A DNA stretch of 64,000 bases, from positions 753 to 64,752 of the forward strand of contig MHZT01000043.1 in NCBI GenBank assembly GCA_001828855.1, in the 5' to 3' direction. Shown here piece after piece: positions 10,153-19,061 of this stretch (the first letter of the stretch is position 1; each line of letters opens with the position of its first letter). The notes under the pieces are model-generated. The model was not told where the DNA came from. It saw only the letters and a list, made by a program, of their open reading frames with translations, and ran no database searches. The translations under genes were made by a program, and so were the position numbers. The DNA is from Rhodobacterales bacterium RIFCSPHIGHO2_02_FULL_62_130 (GTDB taxonomy: Bacteria; Pseudomonadota; Alphaproteobacteria; Rhodobacterales; Rhodobacteraceae).

Positions 10153-12276
10153 ATGCAGAACCAATATCGCCTTGGCATCGACGCTGGCGGCACCTTCACC
10201 GACCTCATTCTGGCAGACCGCAAGGGCGGCGTGCGCATCTTCAAGGCGCTGTCCACCCCCACCGACCCGACGGCGGCCATCCGCAACGGGCTGAAGCTGA
10301 TTCAGGAAGAAACCGGCCTGTCGCCGCAGGCCATCGTCTCGAACGCCGATCTGTGCATCAACGGCACCACGGTGGGGCTGAACGCGCTGATCACCCATAA
10401 CGGCGCGAAAACCGGCCTGATCGCCACCCGTGGGCATGAGGACAGCATCGAAATCCGTCTGGGCCACAAGGAGGACGGCTATCGCTATGACCCGGAATAT
10501 CCGCCGGCCACCATGCTGGTTCCGCGCTATCTGCGCCGGGGCGTGGCCGAACGGGTGCTGTCGAACGGCACCGTCCACACCCCCCTGAACGAAGAGGACG
10601 TGCGCGAGGCCTGCCGCCACTTCATCCGCGAAGGCGTTGAATCGGTGGCGATTTCCTTTGTCTGGTCGGTGCTGCATCCCGAACACGAACTGCGCGCCGG
10701 CGAGATCGTGCGCGAGATGATGCCGAATGTCCGCCTGACCATCGGCAGCCAGCTATATCCGCAGGTGCGCGAATACACCCGTACCTCGACTGCCATCGTG
10801 AACGCCTATCTTGCCCCCATCCTGCAGCGCTATGTCGAGGCGGTGGATGCCTATTTCCAATCGCTCGGCGCGCGCCATCCGGTGCGCTATTTCCAGTCGA
10901 ACGGCGGGCTGGCGCTGGGCCGGGTGGTGTCCGACCAGTCGGTTTACGCCATCAACTCCGGCCCCGCCTCGGCCCCGCAAGCCGCGCTGTGGCTGGGCGA
11001 GCCCTGGGGGATGAAGGACATCATCACCGTCGACATGGGCGGCACCTCGTTCGACATCACGCTGACCCGCGATGGCCGGGCGAACGTGTCGAAGAACATT
11101 GATTTCCTGCGCTATCGCATCGGCATTCCGATGATCCAGGTGGAAACGCTGGGTGCGGGGGGCGGGTCGATCGGCTGGATCGACAGCATGGGCCTTCTGC
11201 AGATGGGCCCGCAATCGGCGGGGTCGGAACCGGGGCCGGCCTGCTATGATCAGGGCGGAGAAAAGCCCACCACAACGGATGCCAACCTTGTTCTGGGCTA
11301 TCTCAATCCCGATGGTCTGGTGGGTGGCCGCCTGCCGCTGAACGTCGAAAAGGCCCGCCGCGCGATCAAGACCCATCTGGCCGACCCGCTGGGCATCAGC
11401 GTGGAAAAGGCCGCCTATGGCATGTTCACCATCGTCAATAACAACATGGTGAACGCCATTCGCCGGGTGTCGGTGGAGCGCGGCTATGACCCGCGCGATT
11501 TCGTGCTGAACTGCGCGGGCGGGGCGACGGCGGCGCATATCACGGCGCTGGCCCGTGAAATGGGCATCCGCAAGGTGCTGATTTCCAAGCTTGCCTCGGG
11601 GCTGTGCGCCTTTGGCCAGATCCTGTCGGATGTGAAATACAACTACATGGCCCCCGTCGCCGCGCGTCTGGAAGGGGCCGACTCTGCCGCCCGCCTGAAC
11701 CGCCTGTTCGGAGAGTTGGAAGGGCGCGGCCGGGCCGACCTGATGGCCGATGGCTTTACGGATGACCGCATCTCGGTCCGGCGCAGCCTTGACATGCGCT
11801 ATGTCGGGCAGGTGCATGAATGCACCGTGGACATCGAACCCTTCGAGATCACGGAAGCCGCGCTGGAACGCCTGAAGGCCGCGTTCCACGCCCGTCACGA
11901 AGAACTCTACACTTATTCCGAACCGCATAGCGCGGTTGAGGTGGTGAACGTCGAAAGCGCGATCACCGGCGCGGTGGACAAGCCTGGACGGATGGCATCG
12001 GCCCCCGGCAAGGGCGCGCATTCCGCGCTGAAGGGCACGCGCGAGATGATCTTCACCGCCGATGGTATCCCGCATGAAACGCCCGTCTATGACGGCGCGC
12101 TGCTGGGCGCGGGCGACCGCATCACCGGTCCCGCCGTGATCCAGGAAGTGACGACGACCATCGTGATCGAACCGGGCTGGATGGCCGAACTGGATGCCTC
12201 GGCGGTCTATGTGCTGACGATGGCTGCCGATCCTGCGATCCAGCAGCGGGCCGCGCGCGCGGTCGAGGTGGCCTGA
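10153..12276 (+). CDS. hyuA: Hydantoinase A / oxoprolinase family protein
   Basis: It begins YRLGIDAGGTFTDLILAD (ASKHA-fold N-terminus). The length is 707 aa and it is adjacent to hyuB. Confidence 0.9.
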   Translation: MQNQYRLGIDAGGTFTDLILADRKGGVRIFKALSTPTDPTAAIRNGLKLIQEETGLSPQAIVSNADLCINGTTVGLNALITHNGAKTGLIATRGHEDSIEIRLGHKEDGYRYDPEYPPATMLVPRYLRRGVAERVLSNGTVHTPLNEEDVREACRHFIREGVESVAISFVWSVLHPEHELRAGEIVREMMPNVRLTIGSQLYPQVREYTRTSTAIVNAYLAPILQRYVEAVDAYFQSLGARHPVRYFQSNGGLALGRVVSDQSVYAINSGPASAPQAALWLGEPWGMKDIITVDMGGTSFDITLTRDGRANVSKNIDFLRYRIGIPMIQVETLGAGGGSIGWIDSMGLLQMGPQSAGSEPGPACYDQGGEKPTTTDANLVLGYLNPDGLVGGRLPLNVEKARRAIKTHLADPLGISVEKAAYGMFTIVNNNMVNAIRRVSVERGYDPRDFVLNCAGGATAAHITALAREMGIRKVLISKLASGLCAFGQILSDVKYNYMAPVAARLEGADSAARLNRLFGELEGRGRADLMADGFTDDRISVRRSLDMRYVGQVHECTVDIEPFEITEAALERLKAAFHARHEELYTYSEPHSAVEVVNVESAITGAVDKPGRMASAPGKGAHSALKGTREMIFTADGIPHETPVYDGALLGAGDRITGPAVIQEVTTTIVIEPGWMAELDASAVYVLTMAADPAIQQRAARAVEVA

Positions 12277-12277
12277 C

Positions 12278-13003
12278 ATGGCGTTGGCGCTGGAACAGGT
12301 GGGGGTCGCCTTCGGTGGCTTCCGCGCGCTGACTGGCGTTTCGCTGTCGGTTGGCGCGGGCGATGTCGTCGGGCTGATCGGTCCAAACGGTGCGGGCAAG
12401 ACCACCTGCATTAATGTCCTGACCGGCTTCCAGCGCCCGTCAAGCGGGCGGGTCCTTCTGGAGGGGCGGGACGTTTCGGCGCTGCCCGCCCACCGCCTGC
12501 GCCGCGCCGGTGTGGCGCGCACCTTTCAGGCCGGTCGCCTCTTCGGCGGTCTGGACGTGCTGGACAATCTGGCCTGCACCGGCATCGGCCTTGGCCTGCG
12601 CCGGGCCGAGGCGGAGCGGCGGGCAAGCGATCTGCTGGGCTGGATGGGGATTGCCCCGCTCGAAAGCCGTCCTGCCGCCGGATTGCCCTATACCGACGAA
12701 CGGCGCGTGGCCATCGCCCGCGCCCTGATGGGCGATCCCGCCTACCTGCTGCTCGACGAACCCGCCGCCGGCATGTCCGAGGCAGAGGCAAACGATCTGG
12801 CCGCCCTGATCCGCCGCATCGCCCATGACCGCGGCATCGGCTGCCTGCTGATCGAACACAATGTCGGACTTGTCCTGTCGGTCTGTTCCGATGTCGTCGT
12901 GCTGGATGGCGGGCGCGTCATCGAACATGGTGACCGGAGCGTGATCCTCGGCTCCGGCGCCGTGCGCGAGGCCTATCTCGGCGCCCATGCGGAGGCCGCG
13001 TGA
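12278..13003 (+). CDS. Branched-chain amino acid-type ABC transporter ATP-binding protein (LivG-like)
   Basis: It has Walker A GPNGAGKTT, a signature region, and LLLDEPAAGM (Walker B). Confidence 0.85.
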   Translation: MALALEQVGVAFGGFRALTGVSLSVGAGDVVGLIGPNGAGKTTCINVLTGFQRPSSGRVLLEGRDVSALPAHRLRRAGVARTFQAGRLFGGLDVLDNLACTGIGLGLRRAEAERRASDLLGWMGIAPLESRPAAGLPYTDERRVAIARALMGDPAYLLLDEPAAGMSEAEANDLAALIRRIAHDRGIGCLLIEHNVGLVLSVCSDVVVLDGGRVIEHGDRSVILGSGAVREAYLGAHAEAA

Positions 13004-13722
13004 TGGCCAAGTTGGGCATCTTCGACCTTGCGGTGCGCTACGGCAAGCTGACCGCCATTGCGGACCTTTCCTTCATAGTGGCCGAAGGGGAACGCGTCTT
13101 CGTCTCGGGTCCGAACGGGGCGGGGAAATCTTCGCTTCTGTCCGCAATCGCAGGGTCCGTTCGTACGGCGCATGGCCGGATCGAGATGGACGGCGATATC
13201 CTGTCTGGCCTTGGGCCAGAGGCCATCGCGCGGCGTGGCCTGTCCATGGTGCCCGAAGGGCGTCGCATCTTTTCTGGCCTGAGCGTGCTGGAAAACCTGA
13301 CCGTCGGCACCGGCATGCGGCGTGACCGCGGCGCGGTGGCAGATGATCTGGAAACCGTCTTCACCGCCTTCCCCATCCTGCGCGAACGGGCAAAAGCGAA
13401 TGCGGGTGCCTTGTCGGGCGGGCAGCAGCAGATGCTGGCCATCGCCCGCGCGTTGATGACGAACCCCAAGGTCATGCTGGTGGACGAACCGTCCCTCGGC
13501 CTCGCCCCCAAGGTGGTGGACGAGGTCTATGACCGTCTCTGCCAGCTTCAGGCCCTGCGCGGGCTGACCTTGGTGATCGTCGAACAATCTTCGGCCCGCG
13601 CGGCACGGGTGGGGGGGCGGATGCTCCTGATGCGGGGCGGGCGGATCGTGGCCGATGGCGACGCAACCGAATTCGCAGCCCGCGACCTGTTGACGGAAGC
13701 CTATTTCGGAGGTGCGGCATGA
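13003..13722 (+). CDS. Branched-chain amino acid-type ABC transporter ATP-binding protein (LivF-like)
   Basis: It has GPNGAGKSS, LSGGQQQMLAIARAL and MLVDEPSLGLAP. The start is ATG 13003 (TGATG overlap) or GTG 13000. Confidence 0.85.
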   Translation: MAKLGIFDLAVRYGKLTAIADLSFIVAEGERVFVSGPNGAGKSSLLSAIAGSVRTAHGRIEMDGDILSGLGPEAIARRGLSMVPEGRRIFSGLSVLENLTVGTGMRRDRGAVADDLETVFTAFPILRERAKANAGALSGGQQQMLAIARALMTNPKVMLVDEPSLGLAPKVVDEVYDRLCQLQALRGLTLVIVEQSSARAARVGGRMLLMRGGRIVADGDATEFAARDLLTEAYFGGAA

Positions 13723-14627
13723 GCCTGCAATTGCTGTTCGACGCTCTGGCGCTGGGGGGCATCTACGCCATCGCCGCGCTGGGCATAGCCCTGATCTTCG
13801 GGGTGATGCGTCTGGTCAACTTCGCGCATGGCCAGTTCATCGCCTGCGCGGTCTTCGCGCTGATCGTCCCTTCGACGGATGCGCTGGCCGTGCTGGGGCT
13901 GGGTGCGCTACCCGCGCCGGTGCTGGTGCCGCTGATCCTGCTGATCGGGGCAGGGCTGGCCGTGGCTGCCGAGGCGCTGGTCTTCCGTCCCATGCGCAAC
14001 GCGTCACCCGTGGCGCTGATGGTGGGCAGTTTCGCGCTGGGCGTTGCGTTGCAGAACCTGCTCCTGGTGCTTTACGGCGGACGTCCCAAGGCGGTCAGCC
14101 TTTGGGCGGAACTGGGCCAGCCCGTGCAGGTGGCCACGGCCTCTGTCCCGCTGCTGCAACTGATCGTCATCGCGGCAGTGGCCGTGATCCTTGCAGGGCT
14201 TGCACTGATGCTGCGCAAGTCGCGGCTGGGTCTGGAAATGCGCGCCGCGGCCGAGGATTTCACCATGGCGCGGATGCTGGGCGTCCGGTCGAACCGCGTG
14301 ATTTCGGGCGCCTTCGCGCTGTCGGGGGCCTTGGCCGCCGTGGTGGCGCTGGTCCTTGTGGCACAGACCGGCGTGGCCGATGTCCGCATGGGCGGGCAGA
14401 TCATGCTGGTGGCCTTCATCGCCACGGTCGTGGGCGGCATGGGCAGCCTGTCGGGCGGGGTGGCGGCGGGGCTGGGCATCGGCGCGGCCTCGGCCCTGTT
14501 GCAGGCGGGACTGCCCGCCGATGCGCGGCCGTTCCGTGACGCCTTCCTCTATGGCGGGGTCATCCTTGTCCTCCTCTTCCGGCCGCAGGGCCTATTCGCC
14601 CCCGTCGGGGCCAAGCCGAGGGTCTGA
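13719..14627 (+). CDS. Branched-chain amino acid ABC transporter permease (LivH-like)
   Basis: The product is a hydrophobic 302-aa protein. The N-terminus LQLLFDALALGGIYAIAALGIALIFG is typical of LivH. Its start overlaps the upstream stop (ATGA). Confidence 0.85.
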   Translation: MSLQLLFDALALGGIYAIAALGIALIFGVMRLVNFAHGQFIACAVFALIVPSTDALAVLGLGALPAPVLVPLILLIGAGLAVAAEALVFRPMRNASPVALMVGSFALGVALQNLLLVLYGGRPKAVSLWAELGQPVQVATASVPLLQLIVIAAVAVILAGLALMLRKSRLGLEMRAAAEDFTMARMLGVRSNRVISGAFALSGALAAVVALVLVAQTGVADVRMGGQIMLVAFIATVVGGMGSLSGGVAAGLGIGAASALLQAGLPADARPFRDAFLYGGVILVLLFRPQGLFAPVGAKPRV

Positions 14628-14630
14628 TCC

Positions 14631-15683
14631 ATGACCAGCCAACACACGATCCGCCGCCGTATGGCGGCCACCACACCGGTCCTTCTGGCGCTGATCCTGC
14701 TGGCCTTCGTCCTTGCCGCGCTGGCGTTGGGCGACCGCGCCATCGCCCGCATGGCCGCCGAGACGCTGATCCACGTCACGATGGTCGTGGGCTTCTGGGT
14801 CTTTGTCGGCAATTCGGGCGTCGTCAGCTTCGGCCATGCCGCCTTTGGCTGCATCGGCGCTTACGTTTCGGCATGGCTGACCCTGCGGCCCGACATGAAG
14901 GCAACCCTGCTTCCGGGTCTGCCCGAGATGATCGCCGCGGCGGATTGGCCGGTTCTTCCTGCCGCCCTTGCCGGCGGCGGGGCGGCCGCGCTGGTCGCGC
15001 TGGTGACGGGTGCGGCGATCCTGCGCCTGTCGGGGATCGCGGCGTCCATCGCCACCTTCGCCTTCCTTGCGATGGTCAACACGATCTGGGCGAACTGGAC
15101 GCCAGTGACGGGGGGGACGTCTTCGGTCGTGGGTCTTGATCGCTACGTGACCCCGTGGGTCGCGCTGGGCTGGGCCGTTCTGGCGATCACGGTTGCTGCG
15201 GTCCATGCGGCATCGGCCTCGGGCCTTGCCCTGCGGGCCACGCGTGAGGACGAGGTGGCCGCCGCCGCGTCCGGCATCGACCGCTACCGCCACCGCCTGC
15301 TCGCCTTCACCCTGTCGGCCTTCTTTTGCGGGGCAGGGGGCGCGCTGATGGGGCATTTCATCGGCGTGATCAATCCCGACGGCTTCTACCTGAGCCTGAC
15401 CTTCCTGATGCTGGCCATGCTGGTCATCGGCGGGGTGGGGTCGCTGTCGGGTGCCGTGATGGGCGTGCTGGCACTCTCCATCGCGGTCGAGGCGCTTGTC
15501 CGGCTGGAAAAGGGCGTGACGGTCGGTGCCGCGACCTTTGCCCTGCCCCCCGGCAGCCAAGAGATCATCCTCGCCGTCGCCATGATCCTGATCCTGATCT
15601 TCCGTCCCGCAGGCCTGATGGCCGGACGCGAGGTGATGCTGCCTGCCCGCTGGGTCGCGGGTCGGGCGTCGCGTGAAACCTGA
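14631..15683 (+). CDS. Branched-chain amino acid ABC transporter permease (LivM-like)
   Basis: The product is a hydrophobic 350-aa protein and is the second permease of the operon. Confidence 0.8.
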   Translation: MTSQHTIRRRMAATTPVLLALILLAFVLAALALGDRAIARMAAETLIHVTMVVGFWVFVGNSGVVSFGHAAFGCIGAYVSAWLTLRPDMKATLLPGLPEMIAAADWPVLPAALAGGGAAALVALVTGAAILRLSGIAASIATFAFLAMVNTIWANWTPVTGGTSSVVGLDRYVTPWVALGWAVLAITVAAVHAASASGLALRATREDEVAAAASGIDRYRHRLLAFTLSAFFCGAGGALMGHFIGVINPDGFYLSLTFLMLAMLVIGGVGSLSGAVMGVLALSIAVEALVRLEKGVTVGAATFALPPGSQEIILAVAMILILIFRPAGLMAGREVMLPARWVAGRASRET

Positions 15684-15709
15684 AAGACCCGACCAACAGG
15701 AGTTAACTG

Positions 15710-16888
15710 ATGAAGAGACTAGCAAGCCATGTCGTGGCATTGACCCTGCTTGCGCCGCCGGTGCTGGCGCAGGAAGACCTGACCGTGGGCTTCGCCATCG
15801 CCAAATCCGGCTGGATGGAAGCCTATGACACCCCCGCCGCCACCGCCGCCATGATCCGGATCGAAGAGATCAACGCGGCAGGCGGTCTGCTTGGCCGTCA
15901 GATCAAGGTGGTCGAAGCCGACACCCGCACCGACCGCGCCGAAAGCGCCAAGGCGGGGCTGGACGTGCTGGATCAGGGGGCCGAGATGATGGTCGTGTCT
16001 TGCGACTACGACTTCGGCGCCCCCGCCGCGCTGGTGGCCGAAGGCGAAGGGATGAATAGCTTCTTCCTCTGCGCCGAGGACGTGAAGGCAGGCATCCAGG
16101 GCGTCGGCCCCAACAGCTTCTCCTCGTCGGTTCTTGCGCCCGTGCAGGGTGCCACCATGGCCGAATGGGCCCATGCCAAGCGCGAGGCGCGCACCGCCTA
16201 TGTGCTTGAAGATACCTTCATCGAATACAATAAGGGTATCTGCACCGGCTTCAACTGGATGTTCCCGCAGCTTGACGGCGCGCAGATCGTCGGCAGCGAT
16301 ACGTTCAAGAACGACGACGCCTCGATCGCCAGCCAGATCACCCGCATCAAGGAACTGCCCGAGCAGCCTGATGTGATCATGCTCTGCTCGTTCATGCCCG
16401 GTGCTGCGGCGGCGGTGCGCCAGTTGCGCGCCGCAGGGATCAATTCACTGATCCTGAACGGATCGGCAGTCGATGGCTCCTACTGGCTTGAGGCGACGCC
16501 TGATCTTTCGGGCTTCGTCGTGCCGGTGCAGGGCTCCATCTATGGTGATGACCCCCGGCCCGAGGTGGAGGCCTTCAACAAGGCCTACGAGGCCAAGACC
16601 GGCAGCCGCCCCGCCAGCCAATATGCCTATCCGGGCTATGTGCTGATCGACCTCTGGGCCAAGGCCGTCGAACGGGCGGGCACGGTTGAAGGTGCGGCGG
16701 TGACGGCCGAGCTGGAAAAGATGCGTGACGAACCCACCGCTTTCGGCCCGCGCACCTTCACCTCTGAACTGCACCACCAGAATACCGCGCTGATGCAGAT
16801 CATCGAAATCACCGGCGGCAAGCCCGCGCGGGTGGATGAATGGCGCATCTCGCAGCCGGTTCCGCTGGACGTGCTGATGAAGAAGTGA
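15710..16888 (+). CDS. ABC transporter substrate-binding protein (Leu/Ile/Val-binding family fold)
   Basis: It has a signal peptide (MKRLASHVVALTLLAPPVLAQ). The length is 392 aa and it is the last gene of the transporter operon. Confidence 0.8.
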   Translation: MKRLASHVVALTLLAPPVLAQEDLTVGFAIAKSGWMEAYDTPAATAAMIRIEEINAAGGLLGRQIKVVEADTRTDRAESAKAGLDVLDQGAEMMVVSCDYDFGAPAALVAEGEGMNSFFLCAEDVKAGIQGVGPNSFSSSVLAPVQGATMAEWAHAKREARTAYVLEDTFIEYNKGICTGFNWMFPQLDGAQIVGSDTFKNDDASIASQITRIKELPEQPDVIMLCSFMPGAAAAVRQLRAAGINSLILNGSAVDGSYWLEATPDLSGFVVPVQGSIYGDDPRPEVEAFNKAYEAKTGSRPASQYAYPGYVLIDLWAKAVERAGTVEGAAVTAELEKMRDEPTAFGPRTFTSELHHQNTALMQIIEITGGKPARVDEWRISQPVPLDVLMKK

Positions 16889-16923
16889 CGCCCGTCACGG
16901 GGCAAGGTCAAGGGCAAGGGCAG

Positions 16924-16949
16924 GGGCGCGGTCCGGCAGGGCCGCGCCC
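16924..16949. terminator. GC-rich hairpin between convergent genes (bidirectional terminator candidate)
   Basis: The hairpin is GGGCGCGGTCC-ggca-GGGCCGCGCCC, an 11-bp stem with one mismatch. It lies between the stop at 16888 (+) and the stop at 16956 (-). Confidence 0.5.
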
Positions 16950-16955
16950 TTGGCG

Positions 16956-17543
16956 TTACAGGTAGGGCGGAGTGCAGGCCGAGACGACCACCGCCTCGCG
17001 GTCGCCCACGTTGCGGAAGCGGTGGGGCTGGGTGGAGTCGAAAAGGTAGCTGTCCCCCGCCTTCAGCACGGCGGATTGATCGCCCACCGTGACCTCGATC
17101 TCGCCCGCGATGACGACCCCGCCTTCATGCGAGACATGCTCCAGCATCTGCGCGCCGGTATCGGCCCCGGGTTCGTAGCGTTCGTACAGGATTTGCAGGT
17201 TGTGCGCCTTGGCATCGCCTACCTGTTGCAGCGTCATCTTCCCGCGCGGATCGTCCAGCGTCGAATAAAGCCGCGTGGTCAGGTCCCGCAATTCATGCGG
17301 CTTGAAAAAGACCGACTGGCTGACAGGGGCGTCGGGTTCGAAAAACTCCGACATCGTGACGGAAAGACCGCCCAATATCTTGCGCAAGGATGCAACCGAG
17401 GGGTTGGATCGGTTGGTTTCGATCATCGAAATCTGCCCATGCGGCACACCCGAAGCTTCGACCAGTTGCCGCTGCGACAGCCCTGCGGCTTGGCGCATCT
17501 GCTTCAGTCGTTCGCCTACGTTGAAATCCTGCATGGCTGTCAT
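16956..17543 (-). CDS. XRE-family HTH + cupin domain transcriptional regulator
   Basis: The HTH is GERLKQMRQAAGLSQRQLVEASGVPHGQISMIETN, followed by a C-terminal cupin (GDSYLFDSTQPHRFRNVGD). The start is ATG 17543 or 17534. Confidence 0.8.
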   Translation of the reverse strand: MTAMQDFNVGERLKQMRQAAGLSQRQLVEASGVPHGQISMIETNRSNPSVASLRKILGGLSVTMSEFFEPDAPVSQSVFFKPHELRDLTTRLYSTLDDPRGKMTLQQVGDAKAHNLQILYERYEPGADTGAQMLEHVSHEGGVVIAGEIEVTVGDQSAVLKAGDSYLFDSTQPHRFRNVGDREAVVVSACTPPYL

Positions 17544-17682
17544 CCTGCCCTTTCGGGAACCATAGGGCTTGGTCGCGGAGCGCACAATCTTTTGTCGGCG
17601 CGTGCGCAGCATATCAAGACGCGTTGCTCAAAATAATGCGCAATGCTACCCCTGATCCAGCCAATGTTCCAGGAGCACCGCC

Positions 17683-18978
17683 ATGACCGAATCCGCCCGG
17701 CTGTCCGCCCGAAAATCCGCCGCCGTCGCCCGTGGCGTCGCCACCCGCGGCATCTATGCCGCCCGCGCCGAGAATGCCGAACTCTGGGATGCCGAAGGGC
17801 GGCGCTTCATCGACTTCGCGGCGGGGATCGCGGTGAACAACACAGGCCACCGCCATCCGCGCGTCATGGCGGCGGTCGCCGAGCAGGCGCAGGCCTTTAC
17901 CCACACCTGCTTCCACGTCGCGCCCTATGAAGGCTACATCGCGCTGGCCGAACGGCTGAACGCGGCGACGCCGGGGGATTTCGAAAAGAAGACCATGCTC
18001 GTCACCACGGGGGCCGAGGCGGTGGAGAACGCCATCAAGATGGCCCGCGCCTATACCGGACGGTCGGGCGTGATCTCGTTCTCGGGCGCGTTCCACGGGC
18101 GCACGCTTCTGGGTATAGCTTTGACCGGCAAGGTCGCGCCCTACAAGAAGGGCTTCGGCGCGATGCCGCCCGAAATCGTCCACGCCCCTTTCCCGAATGC
18201 TTTCCACGGCGTGACCGAGGCCGATGCGCTGGAGCAGCTTGAACGCCTGTTCGCCTCGTCCGTCGATCCGGAACGGGTGGCCGCCATCATCATCGAACCG
18301 GTGCAGGGCGAGGGCGGTTTCAACATCGCGCCTGCGGGTTTCCTGCGCGCCCTGCGCGACATCTGCGACCGTCACGGCATCGTGCTGATCGCTGACGAGG
18401 TTCAGGCAGGCATGGCGCGCACGGGCCGTATGTTCGGCTTCGACCATTCCGGTGTGTTGCCCGATCTGGTGACCATGGCCAAGGGTCTGGCCGGTGGTTT
18501 CCCGCTGTCTGCCGTCACGGGGCGGGCCGAGATCGTGGACGCGCCAAATCCGGGCGGTGTCGGCGGCACCTATGCGGGCAACCCGCTGGCGGTTGCGGCG
18601 GCCCATGCGGTGCTGGACGTGATCCGTGACGAAGACCTCTGCGCCCGCGCGGCCGAGATCGGCGAGGTGATCCGCGCCCGTTTGACCCAGATCGCTGCGC
18701 AGCAGGGGATGGAATGCATCGGTGACGTGCGCGGGCTGGGGGCGATGAACGCGCTGGAACTGGTCACCAGCCGCACGGGCAACGCGCCCGACGCCGCCCT
18801 GACCGCCGCCGTCGTGGCCGAGGCCGAGGCGCGTGGTCTGATCCTGCTGTCCTGCGGTACGCGCTACAACGTCATCCGCCTGTTGCCCCCGCTGACCATT
18901 CCGATGGAGCAGTTGCACGAGGCGCTGGATATCCTTGAAGCCTCGATCGAGGCCGCGGTGATGAAGAAGGCCGCCTGA
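17683..18978 (+). CDS. gabT: 4-aminobutyrate aminotransferase-type class III aminotransferase
   Basis: The length is 431 aa. Supporting motifs are FIDFAAGIAVNNTGHRHP, LIADEVQAGMARTG and MAKGLAGGFPLSAV (PLP-lysine region). Confidence 0.8.
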   Translation: MTESARLSARKSAAVARGVATRGIYAARAENAELWDAEGRRFIDFAAGIAVNNTGHRHPRVMAAVAEQAQAFTHTCFHVAPYEGYIALAERLNAATPGDFEKKTMLVTTGAEAVENAIKMARAYTGRSGVISFSGAFHGRTLLGIALTGKVAPYKKGFGAMPPEIVHAPFPNAFHGVTEADALEQLERLFASSVDPERVAAIIIEPVQGEGGFNIAPAGFLRALRDICDRHGIVLIADEVQAGMARTGRMFGFDHSGVLPDLVTMAKGLAGGFPLSAVTGRAEIVDAPNPGGVGGTYAGNPLAVAAAHAVLDVIRDEDLCARAAEIGEVIRARLTQIAAQQGMECIGDVRGLGAMNALELVTSRTGNAPDAALTAAVVAEAEARGLILLSCGTRYNVIRLLPPLTIPMEQLHEALDILEASIEAAVMKKAA

Positions 18979-19009
18979 GCCACCTTTTCCCGCTGATCAC
19001 ATCGACGCT

Positions 19010-19028
19010 CCTGCCCGTTGCGGGCAGG
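19010..19028 (+). terminator. Hairpin downstream of gabT (weak terminator/attenuator candidate)
   Basis: The hairpin is CCTGCCCG-ttg-CGGGCAGG, an 8-bp perfect stem. No T-tract follows it. Confidence 0.3.
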
Positions 19029-19061
19029 GGGCACCCCCGTGCTGGCCCAAGGATTGCGATC

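Noticed and set aside
4920-12276. I considered linking the creatininase-family gene and the hydantoinase A/B genes into one creatinine / N-methylhydantoin pathway.
   Set aside because: The genes are in different operons on opposite strands, separated by an AKR gene and an AraC regulator. The creatininase family also includes non-creatinine amidohydrolases.
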